Assembly (NCBI GenBank): GCA_035084275.1
Contig: CM068769.1
Coordinates: 3,348,001 to 3,412,000 of the forward strand
Length of the DNA stretch: 64,000 bases
From: Hydrolagus colliei
Lineage: Eukaryota
Reading direction: 5' to 3'
Shown here: positions 13,065 to 26,191 of the stretch, one piece after another
Position numbering within the stretch: position 1 is the stretch's first letter
Layout of the letters: each line of letters begins with the position of its first letter
Made by a program: the position numbers and the translations under genes
Notes under the pieces: model-generated
What the model saw: only the letters and a program-made list of their open reading frames with translations
What the model was told of the DNA's origin: nothing
The model's database searches: none

Positions 13065-16000
13065 GTAAACGTCTTATATTCAAAGGGTTTTATCATAAAA
13101 ATGAGAAGTAATTTAAGACAGTTGTTACGGTCTCGAACGCATTGCCTGAAACGTGGTGGAAACAGAATTTGTAGAGAGAATAGAACAGATATTTGCAGTG
13201 GATAACTTTATAATGCTATCTGTAGAGCACTGGGGGTACTGTGACCTATTTTAAACAACCGCCACAGACAGAATGTGCTAATGACCATTTCGGTGCTATG
13301 ATTCTAACGACTAGAACTCCAATAACACATTTCATTTACACAGCATAACGTTAGGCAGGTTTGCTTATTTCTACAAGTCTCTGTTTGACTTGCAGTAAGT
13401 AGAATCATGTATGTTACACAATTGGCGGATCGCTATTCCGTGGATAATTTTTCCTTCCAAAATAAAATGATAATAAATAGGTAAGATTAACAAATAGTTA
13501 TCTCGATCCACCATTGTTTGTTGGACACAGCTGTGCGCAAAATGGCTGATGATTTTGCCCCAATAATATTCAGTCTATTACCTCTACAGGATATAATGTG
13601 AATTGCTTTGTAACGTCTCATGTACACGATAAGGCACTGAATCGAATGCAAGGTTTGCAGATTATAACACAGTTTTTTTTGATGATGTATTTCAATCAGA
13701 GAAACCCTAGAGTGGGCGTCCCATAGAAGTGTTAAGGCGCTGTTTTAAATGCAGCTATCCTATTTAATGAAATAATTAACAATTTTAGCATGCATTTTCA
13801 TGACGGTATCATATATGCTAAAACCTAACTCTTTTCTTATCCATATTCATAGTGAAAATCATGAAATGAAAATAAAAATAGGAAATTAGAAGATCCAGGT
13901 GAGTTTCAAGCTTGTAGTTTTTGAACACGTTTATTTCAATCGTGATTTGTACTATATCAGCATGTTACCCGCTGAAATACTTTTATAATTTGCGGAATAT
14001 GGAATGGTGTCTTAACATGTGGTTTCCTGTAGCTTGGTAGTTATTGCGCTGCCTAGAAGCGAGACATGTGTTTGACTTAATGGCCGAGTCAATGGTGGGG
14101 AAAGTTTATTTACTACACAAACGTGACTACATCTCTTATTAAGAAAAATAGTCATGTGGTCACTTAAATAACAAAACGTACACTCAATTCACTTCAAGTG
14201 GTATTCCTTGGAAAGAATTGGGGCGTCAGGAAGACGCTATCAAATGTACGGACGATTATTATTTTTATTGTGGTGTACAGTTTCAATCTCTCCGTGGATA
14301 TAGTTCTTAATCGATTATAAATAACATAGCAGCCAAAATTAGTACGATTATTTCAACAACAAATTGCATTTGTTCAGTGTGATTAATGATGGCAGACATG
14401 CCAAAGTATTGACTCTTATGTTTATATCACTATTATTACGACTATGCAAGTGATTCAATGCAGATAAATCAGCTTCAGGATAAGACTTATGTACATCTTT
14501 GAAACTAATTTGACTTGATTTTCAGTCAAAAGTGTCTCAGAGAACAGAAAGATTATCTGGATAGGCAGATCCCTTCCCGAAAATAAAAAAATGATATTTT
14601 GCTTAATCCTTCCATTATGTTCGTGGGGACGACGCTTTCAGCAATTGACTGTTTCGGCCAGAAAGCACGCAACCACTCCACTTTACACTGTGTGCTGTGA
14701 AGTACTTACAGTTGTCTCCAAGATACGATCAGGCGCTATAGCCTGTCAAACTTTATGAGTCGGCTTAGCGAAGTGATAATGTGCGACATCAATAAAATAA
14801 TACTAATCACAATAATCCCTGCATTTGAGATGGGGTTTTTCGCATTTTCACGACGTCACAACACGCTTCACAGATTATACTATAAAGTGAAATTGACTGT
14901 GTACGAGTTGAAAAAACGCGGCAGCAGTGATCCACGAATAGTCGTTGATTGAAACGACCATTTATTATTATTGGGTGCTGTTCTTTGGACGGATAATTAT
15001 TAGTCGTATCCATGTGTGGAGTGAGGAAACTTGCCTAAGGTTTCGCCCTGATCTGCCTGGATGTGAGCGCAGGTCTTACACTTGACGCTAGTGCTCTTAC
15101 CACTGAGCTACAAGAGGATTTTTATAACTATTTACCAGGATTGGCATTTCCATAACTAGTGAGCTAAACAGCTGAACATTCACTAAGATCAGTGAACAGT
15201 TACCTTCTCCACAAAATCAGCAGGTAGTTAGTGTGGGCTTGCGTCATACATATCGACATTGAAAAAGGAAACCAAAGATAAACACAAACAAGGACAACAC
15301 AGAAACAGTGAAACGAATTATCAGCCAAATGGAGTCTGGATTTGGTGTGGAATGCGATTCATTCTCCCTGCCCCCCGACTCTGGTGCTATATTCTGCAAT
15401 TCGTCAAACTCCTCCATCTCTCTTACATTCTTCCTGTCCTACCTAAAATCTCTCCTCTTACTCCGCTCTGAGGGTCACCGTCCCAACCTTATCCCCGATA
15501 GGCACATGTTGGCAGGAGCGAAGGCTTTCGAGGAGGCCATATTACGCATTGTGCAAACTGCTATACTCTAAACAGCTAAAAACTGAATGGAGTGCCCAAT
15601 GAGAGCTCGCATATCGTAAAGTCTCTAAGAATCACACTCTTCCTTGCCTTCTTCAACTCTTGTTAAAATCCGTTTCCTTTGAACATGACTTCGGCCACCA
15701 GTATATCTTCTGCTGCGATTTGAGATGTCTTGAAGAAGTGATATCAACATGGTTACGCTTGTAAAGCTAAAGTGCTATTACAATTCCAAAGCTTATTAGT
15801 TATTACAGCAAATGTCATCTCGCAAGATGCGGGAATGAGCAGAGAAACAGCAATGAATGCTTCTGACCCCAAATGCTAATGTATTCACACCCTGCATCAA
15901 ATTCGGAACAAGGATTCTTATTAACAGTGAAACAACAAACAAACAAACAAACAAAACTTACATTTATATAGCGCCTTTCACGTCGAGAGGACATCCCAAG

Positions 16001-16735
16001 GCGCTGTACAGTCAGGTAGGACAAGAGTAGGGTGGGAAGGATCAGGGCAGGATAAAGAATAGTAGGAAAAGTAACTGTATTAGTGGGCGAAACGCGGCAG
16101 CCAAATTGCGCACAGCAGTGTCCCACAATCATTCACGGAAGTGGGACTAGGGGCAAAAGGGGGTAAATAAGCAAAAGGGGTCGAGGCAGGGGGAAGAAAA
16201 GCAGGAAAGTCGACTGTATATTTGTAGGCGAAACGCGGCAGCCAAATTGCGCACAGCAGTGTCCCCACAAACAATCGCAAAAATGGGGCCAGGGGAGAAA
16301 GGGGGAAAAGAGGGTAAGGGGGGAGAGGGAGGAAAAGGTGGGATGGGTTAGAGTTAGGGAGGAAGAGGGGGGAGAAAGGGGGGCAAGGAAGAGAGGGAGG
16401 GAAAGATGGGAGGGGGCAAGATCAGGAAGCGGGAAGAGGGAGGGAAGGGGAAAAGGGAGGAGAGAAAGTGGGGAAAGGGAGTGAGGGAAGAAGAAGATGG
16501 GGGCAGGGGTGGGGGGAATCATACAACAATGTATGAACAATAATAAACAACAAAAGCAATAATATTAACAACAAAAATAGCAACAAACAATAACCAACAA
16601 TCGTCCAACAATCGTCCAGCAACCACTCCCTGTCCTCGCCGCCCGGACGATCCCTGAGATGGCGGGAAAAAAAGGGCGCGGAAAAAAGGTCCCAGTGTGG
16701 TGTCAGGCCCCAAAACCCACCGGCTCCTCAGTCGA

Positions 16736-16860
16736 TGAACCCGGGGACTCTGTGATGGCCCTGGCACCTCGGACACGGTGTGTCTGGCCGGCTCGCACAG
16801 CAGCAGCAGCAGCAGCCCGATCGCCTTCTGGATCTCCCGCGACGAGATGATCCGTGGCTT
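16736..16860 (-). pseudogene. Histone H2B C-terminal fragment
   Basis: Minus frame [31 protein letters not shown], then after a 1-nt slip GARAITE. This aligns by eye with H2B [36 protein letters not shown]; there is a CTG expansion in the LLL run. Confidence 0.75.
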
Positions 16861-16867
16861 GCAGCAC

Positions 16868-17005
16868 CTGGGCGCTCTCCCCCTCGCGGAAGACGTGCGC
16901 CACCCGCTGCCTGAGGAAAGTGCCGAGGTCGCGGCCTTCCCAGGTCCTGTCGAGGGGCCTCTCTTCGCACAGCCGGAGGAAGCGCCGACAGCGAGTGGCC
17001 GCCAT
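16868..17005 (-). pseudogene. UQCC2: Orphan first coding exon of UQCC2 (complex III assembly factor 2)
   Basis: 138 nt encoding [46 protein letters not shown], matching the UQCC2 N-terminus (human [46 protein letters not shown]). The conserved Trp is changed to Arg, and no downstream UQCC2 exons were seen. Confidence 0.85.
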
Positions 17006-17192
17006 TCCCTCCGTGATACTCCCCGTCGTCCAAAAAGATGGCATTCGTTGGCCGGCTGCCCATAGAGGAAGAACCGGCAGCGATGGAAGCCGCTCCAGCT
17101 GGTGGGCTGAGCGGTGCACAGCGTGAAAGCTCCGTCCCAGCGATCCTTCCAGCCCGAAGATCTCTAGCCTCGGGAGCGGGTGGTCCGCGTGA

Positions 17193-17358
17193 AAAAAGAT
17201 CACTATATATCTAATACCACTATTACATACAATATTAGATTAAATAGATGATATAAAATACCATCTATCGCCAGGCGAGGTGGAGAGAGTGCAGGTGCTA
17301 TCCTGCACTCTCTCCACCTCGCGGCCAGTCCGGCGACTGTCTGTATAAAAAGATCACT
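17193..17358. other. Hairpin-rich segment bounded by a 12-bp direct repeat
   Basis: AAAAAGATCACT occurs at 17193-17204 and 17347-17358. There is a perfect 21-bp stem at 17275-17295/17302-17322 with a 6-nt loop, plus two shorter stems (atctaata/tattagat and atagatg/catctat). Confidence 0.85.
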
Positions 17359-18292
17359 GTGTGCCTGAGTTTAAATCTGTTTGATTTTCTCTTACTGTTG
17401 CTCGCTCAATCTGTTTTTCTTTCTCGCTGTGTCCCTGGTTCTGTTTCTGTATTTGACTCTCTGTGTTTGCTAACCAATGTGAAAGGCGCTACACATACAC
17501 AAGCTGTTGTTTTTACTCATGTTGTTTGTGTATATCTTCATCCCTTTCTCTCAATTTCTCTGCTTATATCTTGCTCCACCATTATCCCTCTATCTAACAT
17601 TGTGTGTAGTGCTCTCACTGTCTTAGAGTACGTCTATGTATCTCTGGCTCTGTCGCTTTGTGTGTTCTTTATTCTCCTTAGGCGTGTACATATTTATATA
17701 TATCTAATGTTGTATCTTTATCTCTGCACATCTAAATAACGTGTATGTTGCTTTATCTTTGTGTGTGTCACTCTCTCTGTTGGTAGGTGCTTCTCTCTCT
17801 GTCTGTGGGTATCCTTCTCTCGTTGTGTGTTTACCTCTCACTCTGTTTCCATGTGTATCATGCAATTTCTTCCTCCGCTGTCTGTAACTCTCTCTCCCTG
17901 ACTTTTTGCAGCTCTCTCTCCCTCTATTCATTTATATTTGCGTAACTTTCTCTCCTTAATTACCAGTTGTGTGTGTGTCTTTCCCGATCTGTTTCCACCT
18001 GTCTCAGTGTCTCAAGCTTTGCCTCTGAGTATCGGTCAATGTCACTCCAATAGTTTGTATTTCCCCATCTCCTGAATATCCTCTGTCTGTGCGTCCCTCG
18101 CCCTCCCTCGCTTTCATTCTCTGGTTGAGTGTTTGACTGCATATATATGGATGTATATCTCTCTCTGTTTCAAATTTTCACTCCATTTCTCCGTGTGTGA
18201 AATATACTTTATTTATTTTGATTTGCACAAAATCAACATCAGAAATGGATTATTATAACTGGTAATTTCCCTTTCCCTGTCTCTCTCTGTAG

Positions 18293-19199
18293 CTAACCTC
18301 ACGGCCATTGTGATCCTGTCCCGAGGGAGGTGCGGTCTCTCCAAATGTGTCTCCCGCTATCTGGTGGCCATGTCAGTGGCTGATCTGATGGTGGTAATTA
18401 TCGTGGTGATTTTCTATCGCATTGTTTATTTTTATTTTCCATTTTCATTGATGAACATCACTCAAGTTTGCGGGCTGCTAGAGGTACTTTATGCTGCAAC
18501 AGCGAAAATCTCTGTCTGGCTAACTGTGGCTTTCACCTTTGATCGATATGTCGCCATCTGCTGCCAACAACTGAAAACTAAATATTGCACCGAAAAACAG
18601 CTGCTGCAGTGATAGCGGGGCTGAGTGTGTTCTCCATTGGGCAAAACATTCTCTGGTATTTTTCCTTCGTAACACGGCACAATATACCGTGGGAATGTGA
18701 ACTTAAACCAAGCTTTTACACTATTCTCCTATGGACAGTGTTTGACCTCCTCGACCTTATTCTAACCCCGATTCTCCCATTCGTTGTGATTTTGCTGCTC
18801 AACGCACTGACTGTCCGGCACATCCTGGTGGCCAGTCGAGCCCGCAGCAGATTGCGAGGACACAGTGAAGGGGATAGGAACAGAGGTGAGAGAGACAGTG
18901 ATCCTGAGATGAAGAGCCGAAGGAAAGCCATTATTTTACTCTTTGCGATATCGGGCAATTTTATTGTGTTATGGATGACATATCTTTTGATTTGGTTATA
19001 CTGGAGAATCTCAGAGTCAACTTATGCTGCAGCCGCCAATGATCCTTTGTAAATTATTCGGGAATCTGGCTTCATGCTGCAGCTTTTGAGCTCCTGTACA
19101 AACACATGCATTTATGCTGTTAGTCAGACTAAATTCAGAGAGGAGATTAAGATAGCGGTGTCATTTCCTTTTACAATAATTGTTAAATTACTTCATTAG
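18293..19199 (+). pseudogene. GPR139-like class A GPCR, large second exon, disabled; exon 1 not found
   Basis: Acceptor ...ctgtag at 18292; NLTAIVILSRGRCGLSKC, AFTFDRYVAICC, NALTVRHIL, SSCTNTCIY. There is a 1-nt slip in an A-run near 18595 and an in-frame TAA at 19050-19052; terminal TAG at 19197-19199. Confidence 0.88.
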
Positions 19200-19260
19200 C
19201 AATACACACAAGCCTATTTTAAAGACAGAGAACATCTCGAGCTTCACTGTAGGTCAGTAA

Positions 19261-19950
19261 ATAAAGCTTCGTCAACAATAAGAAGAAATGTTGTGTGGTT
19301 AGCATATATTACTTAGGAAGGACGTCCAAATGGCTGGTTGTTGACACACACGGTAAAGCTCCCGCTACACTGTCAATCAACATATGTGTGCAGTTAACTA
19401 TCACAGAGCAGACAATTATATCAATTTTCTTTGCCTTCAAACCAGTATACATGTCTTTACTCAAACGCTCTTGCGTGCCTTAAGCAAATCAAGTCTGTTT
19501 TCTTTTAGTTTCATTCAAACCGGACCCGTCATACATTGAGCAATGCAAACTGTACCAATCTACCTGATCTAGGTCTAGAAACATTGGGAACCTAGCCCTG
19601 GTACATGTGTTTGCGTGATTTCCAACCACTGCCTCTGAGTGAATGCTGAAATCACAGGCAGAGTACCGTCAATATAAGTTTAGTGTCAGTCAGTGTAATC
19701 GTAATCACAGACCAAAGAGCCAGATAACTAACATACATCTGCAAAGATAACTGATGAAATTGGCAACAGAAAAAAAGGTGAACATTACTCAAAATCATTG
19801 TCACAGTGAAATCTTTTTGATTGGTAAAGCTGATGGTGATCTACGGATAACTAACCACAAATGTCTAACAGTATTTCAAATTATTCTCGCAAATGAGTTG
19901 TTATTGAGCTTTTTGCCGAATATACAGTTTGGTTTTGATCACATTCTGCA
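19261..19950 (+). repeat. Segment duplicated at about 63370-64000 (GPCR 3' flank)
   Basis: Colinear shared text, e.g. ttacttaggaaggacgtcc.aatggctggttgtt, gtgcagttaactatc, cctctgagtgaatgctgaaatcacag, aaagctga.ggtgatctacggata. Confidence 0.85.
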
Positions 19951-20534
19951 AACTTCTCACTTTAAAAGCAGAAGCGTCAATTGATGATCGAATTAATTCT
20001 GCTCCGTGTTTCGAGGTTTGAACGCCTGATCAACATATAAATAAAATGTCTTCACAAACACCATGAAGGTTGTCACTTTTGTGTTTTAATTTTCAATTGC
20101 TTGAACCTGAATGCCTTATCTCCATCAACTTTCTACATTAAGTGAGTTTGGCCTGCTCCAATGTCTCCACCCCAACTGCCCTACCGTCGCCGGCCGGGCT
20201 TTCAGTATCTCTGCCCAACACTCTGTATCTCCATCCCGCAATCACTGTTCCTCGCTTCCTCCCTTTCTTCCATAAAGGCCGGTCTCAAAATCCCCCTCGT
20301 CGACCGTGACTCTGCTCCCTTCCTAAGTCTCCTCCATTCTCCTACTCTGTTTTTCCTTCGCGTACACCGACCCCCAAAAGCACAACCCCCCCCACCCCCC
20401 CACCCCCCCCACCCCCATCCCTCCACTCCCACCTCCTGCTCGGGACCCGGCCAAACTCGTCAGCGCCTTGTGACGTCCTCTCGACGTGAAGTCGCTCTAA
20501 AAATAGTTTGGTGGTTATCACTGGTTATAATTGG

Positions 20535-20850
20535 TTAGAGCTCTCGCCTGCCAAGCATGAGACCTGAGTTCGAATCCAGGAAGTTCAGGTCGAAACGTTG
20601 GGCAAGTTACTTTACTCCATACACACACGCCTGATAATATTCCGTCCAAAAAAGAAACAATAATATTTTTTAAATTGTCATTTCAACCCACGGCTGTGTG
20701 TGGGACACTGCTGTGCACAATTGGCTGCCGCGTTTTGCTCTCCCACAAATACACAGTCAATTCACTTTACAGTACATTCTATGAAGCACGTTCTGACGTC
20801 GATAAATTGTGAACAGCGCTATATCAAAACCAAGTATTATTATTAGTAAT
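20535..20850 (+). mobile_element. tRNA-headed DeuSINE-like SINE (a representative of many copies, e.g. about 11370-11760 and 59660-59945)
   Basis: B-box gagttcgaatcc, core gggacactgctgtgcacaattggctgccgcgttt, L2-type tail gcgctatatcaaa...(att)n. Confidence 0.75.
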
Positions 20851-20879
20851 AATATTAATATATTAATATTAACACCACT

Positions 20880-21355
20880 AGGATGGTGCCAGGATTGAGG
20901 GATTTCAGCTATGAGGAGAGGATAGATAGGCTAGGGTTATTCTCTCTGGAGCAGAGAAGATTGAGGGGAGACCTAATAGAGGTTTATAAGATCATGAGGG
21001 GTTTCGACAGGGTAAATAGAGAAAAACTATTTCCACTCGTGGGTGAATCTGTGACTCGTGGTCACAGATTTAAAATAGTTTCAAGGCGAAGTAGAGGGGA
21101 GCTGAGGAGAAATTTTTTCACTCAGCGAGTTGTTCGAGTCTGGAATGCATTGCCTGAAAAGGTGGTGGAGGCTGATTCGATAACAACTTTTAAAAGGGAA
21201 TTAGATCTTTATTTAGGGAGAACGGGTCTATTAGGCTATGGGGAGCGGGCAGGGCAGTGGGATTGAATCGCACATTTCAAAGAGCCGGCACAGACTAGAT
21301 GGGCCGAATGGCCTCCTTTTGTGCCGTAAAATTCTATGATTCTATGATTCTATGA
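20880..21355 (+). mobile_element. Young CR1 3' fragment
   Basis: ORF 20883..21266 is near-identical to the C-terminal CR1 ORF at 5033..5509, followed by an (attctatg)n tail. Confidence 0.92.
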
Positions 21356-21569
21356 TATCAAAACCAAGTATTATTATTAATATTATTGCTGCAGGTAAAC
21401 AGATGCACATGTGCGGAATAAGAAAAGTTGCACAGCTTGCCACACTGCCAGGAATCAAATCCTGTTCTGTTGCTTGCCCAGATCCCTTGAGATTAAACTA
21501 CAAATCAGCAAAATATGCGCAATGCTACATAAATCTGAATTATATAAATGTTATTTTGCTTTATGTTCG

Positions 21570-23040
21570 AATGGGGGCAGGGGGTGTGTGTGTGTGTAGG
21601 TGGATGGGGGGACTCTTTGTGTGTGTGTCGTGAGTAGGTTTGTGCGAGTGGGATGGTAAGTTTGTGTTTGTGTGGACAGAGTTCGCGGTGGGTATGTTAG
21701 TGCGTGTATGAGGTAGGATTTTGAGTGTGTAGTGCTAGGTTTGTGTGGGGGAGGGGCTAGGTTTGTGGGAGTGGGTAGGTTTTTGTGTGCGGGGGTTATG
21801 TTTGTGTATGTGTGTGAGCGATAGTTTTGTGTATGTGTGTGGGATGTCGGTGGCAGGTTTGTGTGTGTGTGGAGGGAATTGCATGTTGCTATGTTTGCGT
21901 TTGTGAGAGGGGGTTGGATTGTGTGTGTGGGTAATAGGTTTTGTATGGAAGGGGGTAGCGTTGTGTATGTGTGGCGGGGATTATGTTTGTACGTATGTGC
22001 GTGGGGTAGCCGTGGGTGGCGGTGTGGGGAAGGTTTGTGTGCGTGTTTCGTAGGTTTGTGTGTGTAGGTTTCTATGTGTGTGGCGGGGTAGGCCTGTGAG
22101 AGAGGGAGGGTGTCGATATGTGTGTATCTGTGTTGGATGGTAGGTTTGTGTGTGTGCATCCTGGGGTAGACGTGTGTGTGGGGGTGTGAAGATTTGTGTG
22201 TGTGGGAGGGTGTAGGTTTGCGTGTTTGTGCCGGCGGAGTTGGTTTGTGTGTGTACATTGTGTGGTAGGTTTGTGTGGTGGGGTGTAGGTTTCTGTTGGG
22301 TAAGAGAGTAGGTTTGCGTGTTTGTGGCGGCGGAGTAGGTTTGTGTGTGGGTGAGTGTGTAGATTTGGGGTTGGGTAGGTTTGTGTGTGGGATGGGTGTG
22401 GGTATCTCTGTGCTTGTTATGGGGTAGGATTGTTTATGTTGGAGATAGATTGTGTATGTGGTCGTGGGTTTGTGTGCGTGTTGTTAGGTTTGTGTGTTTC
22501 GGTCGGTGGGGTTGGTTCATGTATTTGTGGGGTGGTGGTAGGTTTGTTGGGGGAGGAAGGAGGTTTGTGTTTGGAGTGTGGGCTTGTTTGTGTTGAGGGT
22601 ACCTTTTTGTGTGGATGGGGGTGGTCGGTAGTTTCGTGTGTGGTAGGGAGGGGCCTAGGTTGGTGTATATGTGTGGGATATATTTGTGTTGGTGTGTGCG
22701 AGTAGATATGTGTATGTATGTGTGGAGTAGGGGAGCGTTGTTATGGGGTTGTAGGTTTGTGTGTGTGGGTGTAGCTTTATGTGTGTGTGTGGGGGGGGTG
22801 ACAAGGATTGTGTTGATGTGTGGGGTGGTACGTTTGCGTGGGATGTTGGGTTTGTGTTTGTGTGGGGGGAGGGGGTAGGTTTGTATGTGTGGTGGTAGGT
22901 GTGTGGGGTGGTACTTTGTTGTGTGTGGGGTGTGGGTGGGTATCCGGTTATATATCTAGGAAGGCATAAGTTTGTTTACTTCCGGTTGGTTGGGCGGCGG
23001 GTGGGTGGGGGGGTGGGGTGGGGGGATTCATATGGTGAGA
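21570..23040. repeat. Degenerate GT-rich tandem repeat (gtaggtttgtgtgt-like unit)
   Basis: Recurring gtaggtttgtgtg motif; produces T/H/P-rich and V/C/G-rich spurious ORFs. Confidence 0.9.
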
Positions 23041-23849
23041 GTAGAGAGGCTGAAGTTTATCCGGCTAATATCGGAATCTGCTGAGCAGAGGGAGCCGCCT
23101 TGAGAGTGATGGGTAGCCAGTAGAATTGTATCCCTGTGTGATTTGAAGCCAGTAGAATCAGGACGAATAATGTTGATAAGTTCACTGAGGCCTGTGCAGG
23201 ACAGTAAAAGGGCTGCAGATATTTGGATGATCTGTAGTTTATGGAGGGAGGAGTAGGGACGATAATGAGTAGGGAGTTTGCATAGTCAAGAATGGATATT
23301 ATGAATGTGTGTGAGGACGGGTGGCGACAAAGGTGTCTAGCGATATGCAAATGACCAAATGCATAGAGACCAAATCATATCTGCAAATGGGCCGTCAAGT
23401 AAGCGAGGGAAAGTCAAAAAACAACTGTACTCCATGATGGAGTTGCAAAGAATAGGGCCAAATGGGCAAGTTGCACAAGCAACAGTGTGATTTGCAAGAG
23501 ATGAGATGTGAAGCAGGCTACTGTCTACGAAGTAGGAGGAGTGTACAGGACAATGCTTGAGTTGATAATTGTGATTGGTTCCTAGCTCAGAGTCACACAG
23601 ACACAATATCACTCCATCTGCATACTTTCCATCACAGCATATTTCGAATGCACGTCATAACAGGAGGCATAGGATAACCCAAGGACCCTTTTCCCCAGGA
23701 CAATCCACGTCATCCACCCATGGTGCTATGACTCACACTTCCTAAAATCCAATTACAAATGGAATACAATCAATGTACTCGTGTCCAAAATGGAAATAAT
23801 CTACACTGGTACAACAAACGTCCAATTCGCTCATCCAGTCTGCACCAAA

Positions 23850-25850
23850 TTCTTCATGTTTAAAACATCTCTCCATGTATCTCTCATTCCCCATCTCTTG
23901 TGTATAAGCTAGCTTGTACTCACGTGACCTGATTCCATGAATACACCGATCAGCTCGAAATTGTCATCTCTCTTCTTGTCTCTCAACCTCTCACTCCGCA
24001 TCCACTCCACCATCTATTTTCGTAGCCACCCAATTAAACTAGTGGCCGCTTTGTCTCGGATATCAGCATCACTGGCAAAGCTATCTCTGAACAGAACATC
24101 ACCTCCTTCATCATCCCAGTCATTCCAACCAGTGCTGCTAAACCCACCACCATCCCACATATCTATTGGAAGACAATCTCCCCACAATCTCTCTCAGGAG
24201 TGCGGGTGTCATCTCAATTGGTCCACCGCCGGCCTACCTCCCGTACAATCCATTCTCCTCACTCACTTTCCTCCATAAAACCCTCACCGCTAACTTCCAC
24301 GCCCTTGCACACTGAACTTCCTCAATGTCTCTCCAACATGCCTTTTCTTTCTTTCTTTCTTTCCTGTTCTATAATCCGCACAAGCCCCACCAAATGGATT
24401 TCTCTGCTGCGCACAACACAGAATTTTCTCTGGTCAACGGCTCATAATGGAAACCTGTGGCACACACACCCTGTCGCTTGCCGTGTTCGTCCACCTCTCT
24501 GTTGCATTCGACACTATCGATCAGTTAACCCTCCTCCACTGCACCTGTTCTATACTCATCCCTCAAGGTTCTTCCTTTGATTTGTTTACGACTTATCTGT
24601 CACAGCAATTCCAATTGATCGCTGCTAACATTTTATCTTCCCCATTGTTGTTGTTCACGTGAACTAATCAACGAAGTCAGATTCTAGTAGCAAAGCGTTA
24701 TCAAAAAAAACAATGAGATTTTAACCTTTGTGGCACGGAGAGTGACAAATCAAGGAGAGAAAATTGTCCTTCAACTAAACAATACGTTTATCAAACTGCC
24801 TCACACATCATGTCCTGGATCAGTGGCACATTTCTACGGCTGCACATCAGCTAGACAGAGGATAACCTGATTGCGCCATCGCCTCCACAACTCAGTCGTT
24901 GGTAACATCAATATTCACGAATGCACATTCCAGCTGACCATGCGAGTCGGAAACCTGGTCGGCTTGTTCGACCCCGAACAGTCCTTTATCCCCGATATTC
25001 GTTTCATGACCAGTAATGACTTCCATCCACTCCACAACTCTGCCATTTCCTCACACCACAGACCGCTGAATCTCTCATCCCGCAATTGTCACCTCAAGGC
25101 TCGACTGCGGAAAATCCAACCCTGTTGGGCTCCACAACTCTTCCCTCCAAAAACTGCTGATCATCCAAAACACTACACCTGATATGCTCTCCCGCATTAC
25201 GCTCCATGACCCAGTTACCCCAGTATCCTCTGGTTCGACATAAGTGGACATATAATCTTCTTTCTCACTGCTTTGTCCCCAAATTCCAACGTCCTCATCG
25301 CTTGTCTCCCCATCTGCACCACACAAACTATTCAACTGACTCAATACTCCAACAATCAGATATTCACCCAACAAATTGCCATATCCTCAACTGACCAGCA
25401 TTCTATGTTTAATTCCCAATTATTGAATGGATCGACTGCACAACCCTGTCACTTGCTTTGAATCCACTTCACGATATTGCACCTTCCTATGTAACTAATT
25501 TGCTTAACTCTAGCACCACCAACAGTTGTCTCTGCTCAACTTATTCAGTTCTCCGATATGTCCCTCAACTCCTTCTCTCCACCATTGGAGGCCGCGCCTC
25601 CAGCTAATAAACCCCCAAATGCCGGAATAATTTCCCACAATGTTTCCACATCTACTCTCGTTCACCGCCTTCAAATCCCGCGAAAACACATTCTTGTTTC
25701 ATTCTCAATAATATTATGGTCCCTCCAGCCCCCACTACCACCGCCTCAAAGCACCCACTTCCCTTGGTTCTGAATCAGACCCCGCCACATGCAAGTGTTC
25801 CGGGATGCTACCCCGCATGAATGGCACGGTATAATTGCAATTAGTGGTTG
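23850..25850 (+). mobile_element. Highly degenerate L2-like LINE remnant
   Basis: Decayed RT-like text (ctctctgttgcattcgacactatcga, ggtaacatcaat..tcacgaatgcacattccagc) ending in an L2-type tail. It is repeated at about 55770-57900. Confidence 0.6.
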
Positions 25851-26057
25851 TCAGTGATGAGAAACACGAGCGGTCAGTTTGCAGAGATGATATATGTGTG
25901 AGCAGAAGAGGAAACAGTCAGATTTTGGGAATATGGTAAAAAACCTGATAGCATTTACGTTCGCATATCTGGCAGATCCCTGCGCAAGTGGATGAATTAG
26001 AAGCAATGGGACATTTTGAGTGGTTCGAGTGGACTTCATTGGTACATAAATTTCTCC

Positions 26058-26191
26058 NNNNNNNNNNNNNNNNNNNNNNNNNNNNNNNNNNNNNNNNNNN
26101 NNNNNNNNNNNNNNNNNNNNNNNNNNNNNNNNNNNNNNNNNNNNNNNNNNNNNNNNNNNNNNNNNNNNNNNNNNNNNNNNNNNNNNNNNNN
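26058..26191. other. Assembly gap (134 N)
   Basis: Run of N characters. Confidence 1.

Noticed and set aside
13853-14505. Candidate cytoplasmic exons of gene B (13853-13898; a YxxL-containing frame near 14430-14500)
   Set aside because: No phase-compatible open exon with a convincing acceptor was found.
16703-17203. The 166-aa ORF as a full-length UQCC2 gene
   Set aside because: Only 46 codons match UQCC2; the rest is upstream sequence and out-of-frame H2B.
21551-22258. Long T/H/P-rich ORF (also 46066..46842, 46663..47472, 53308..53766)
   Set aside because: Translations of GT-rich simple repeats.
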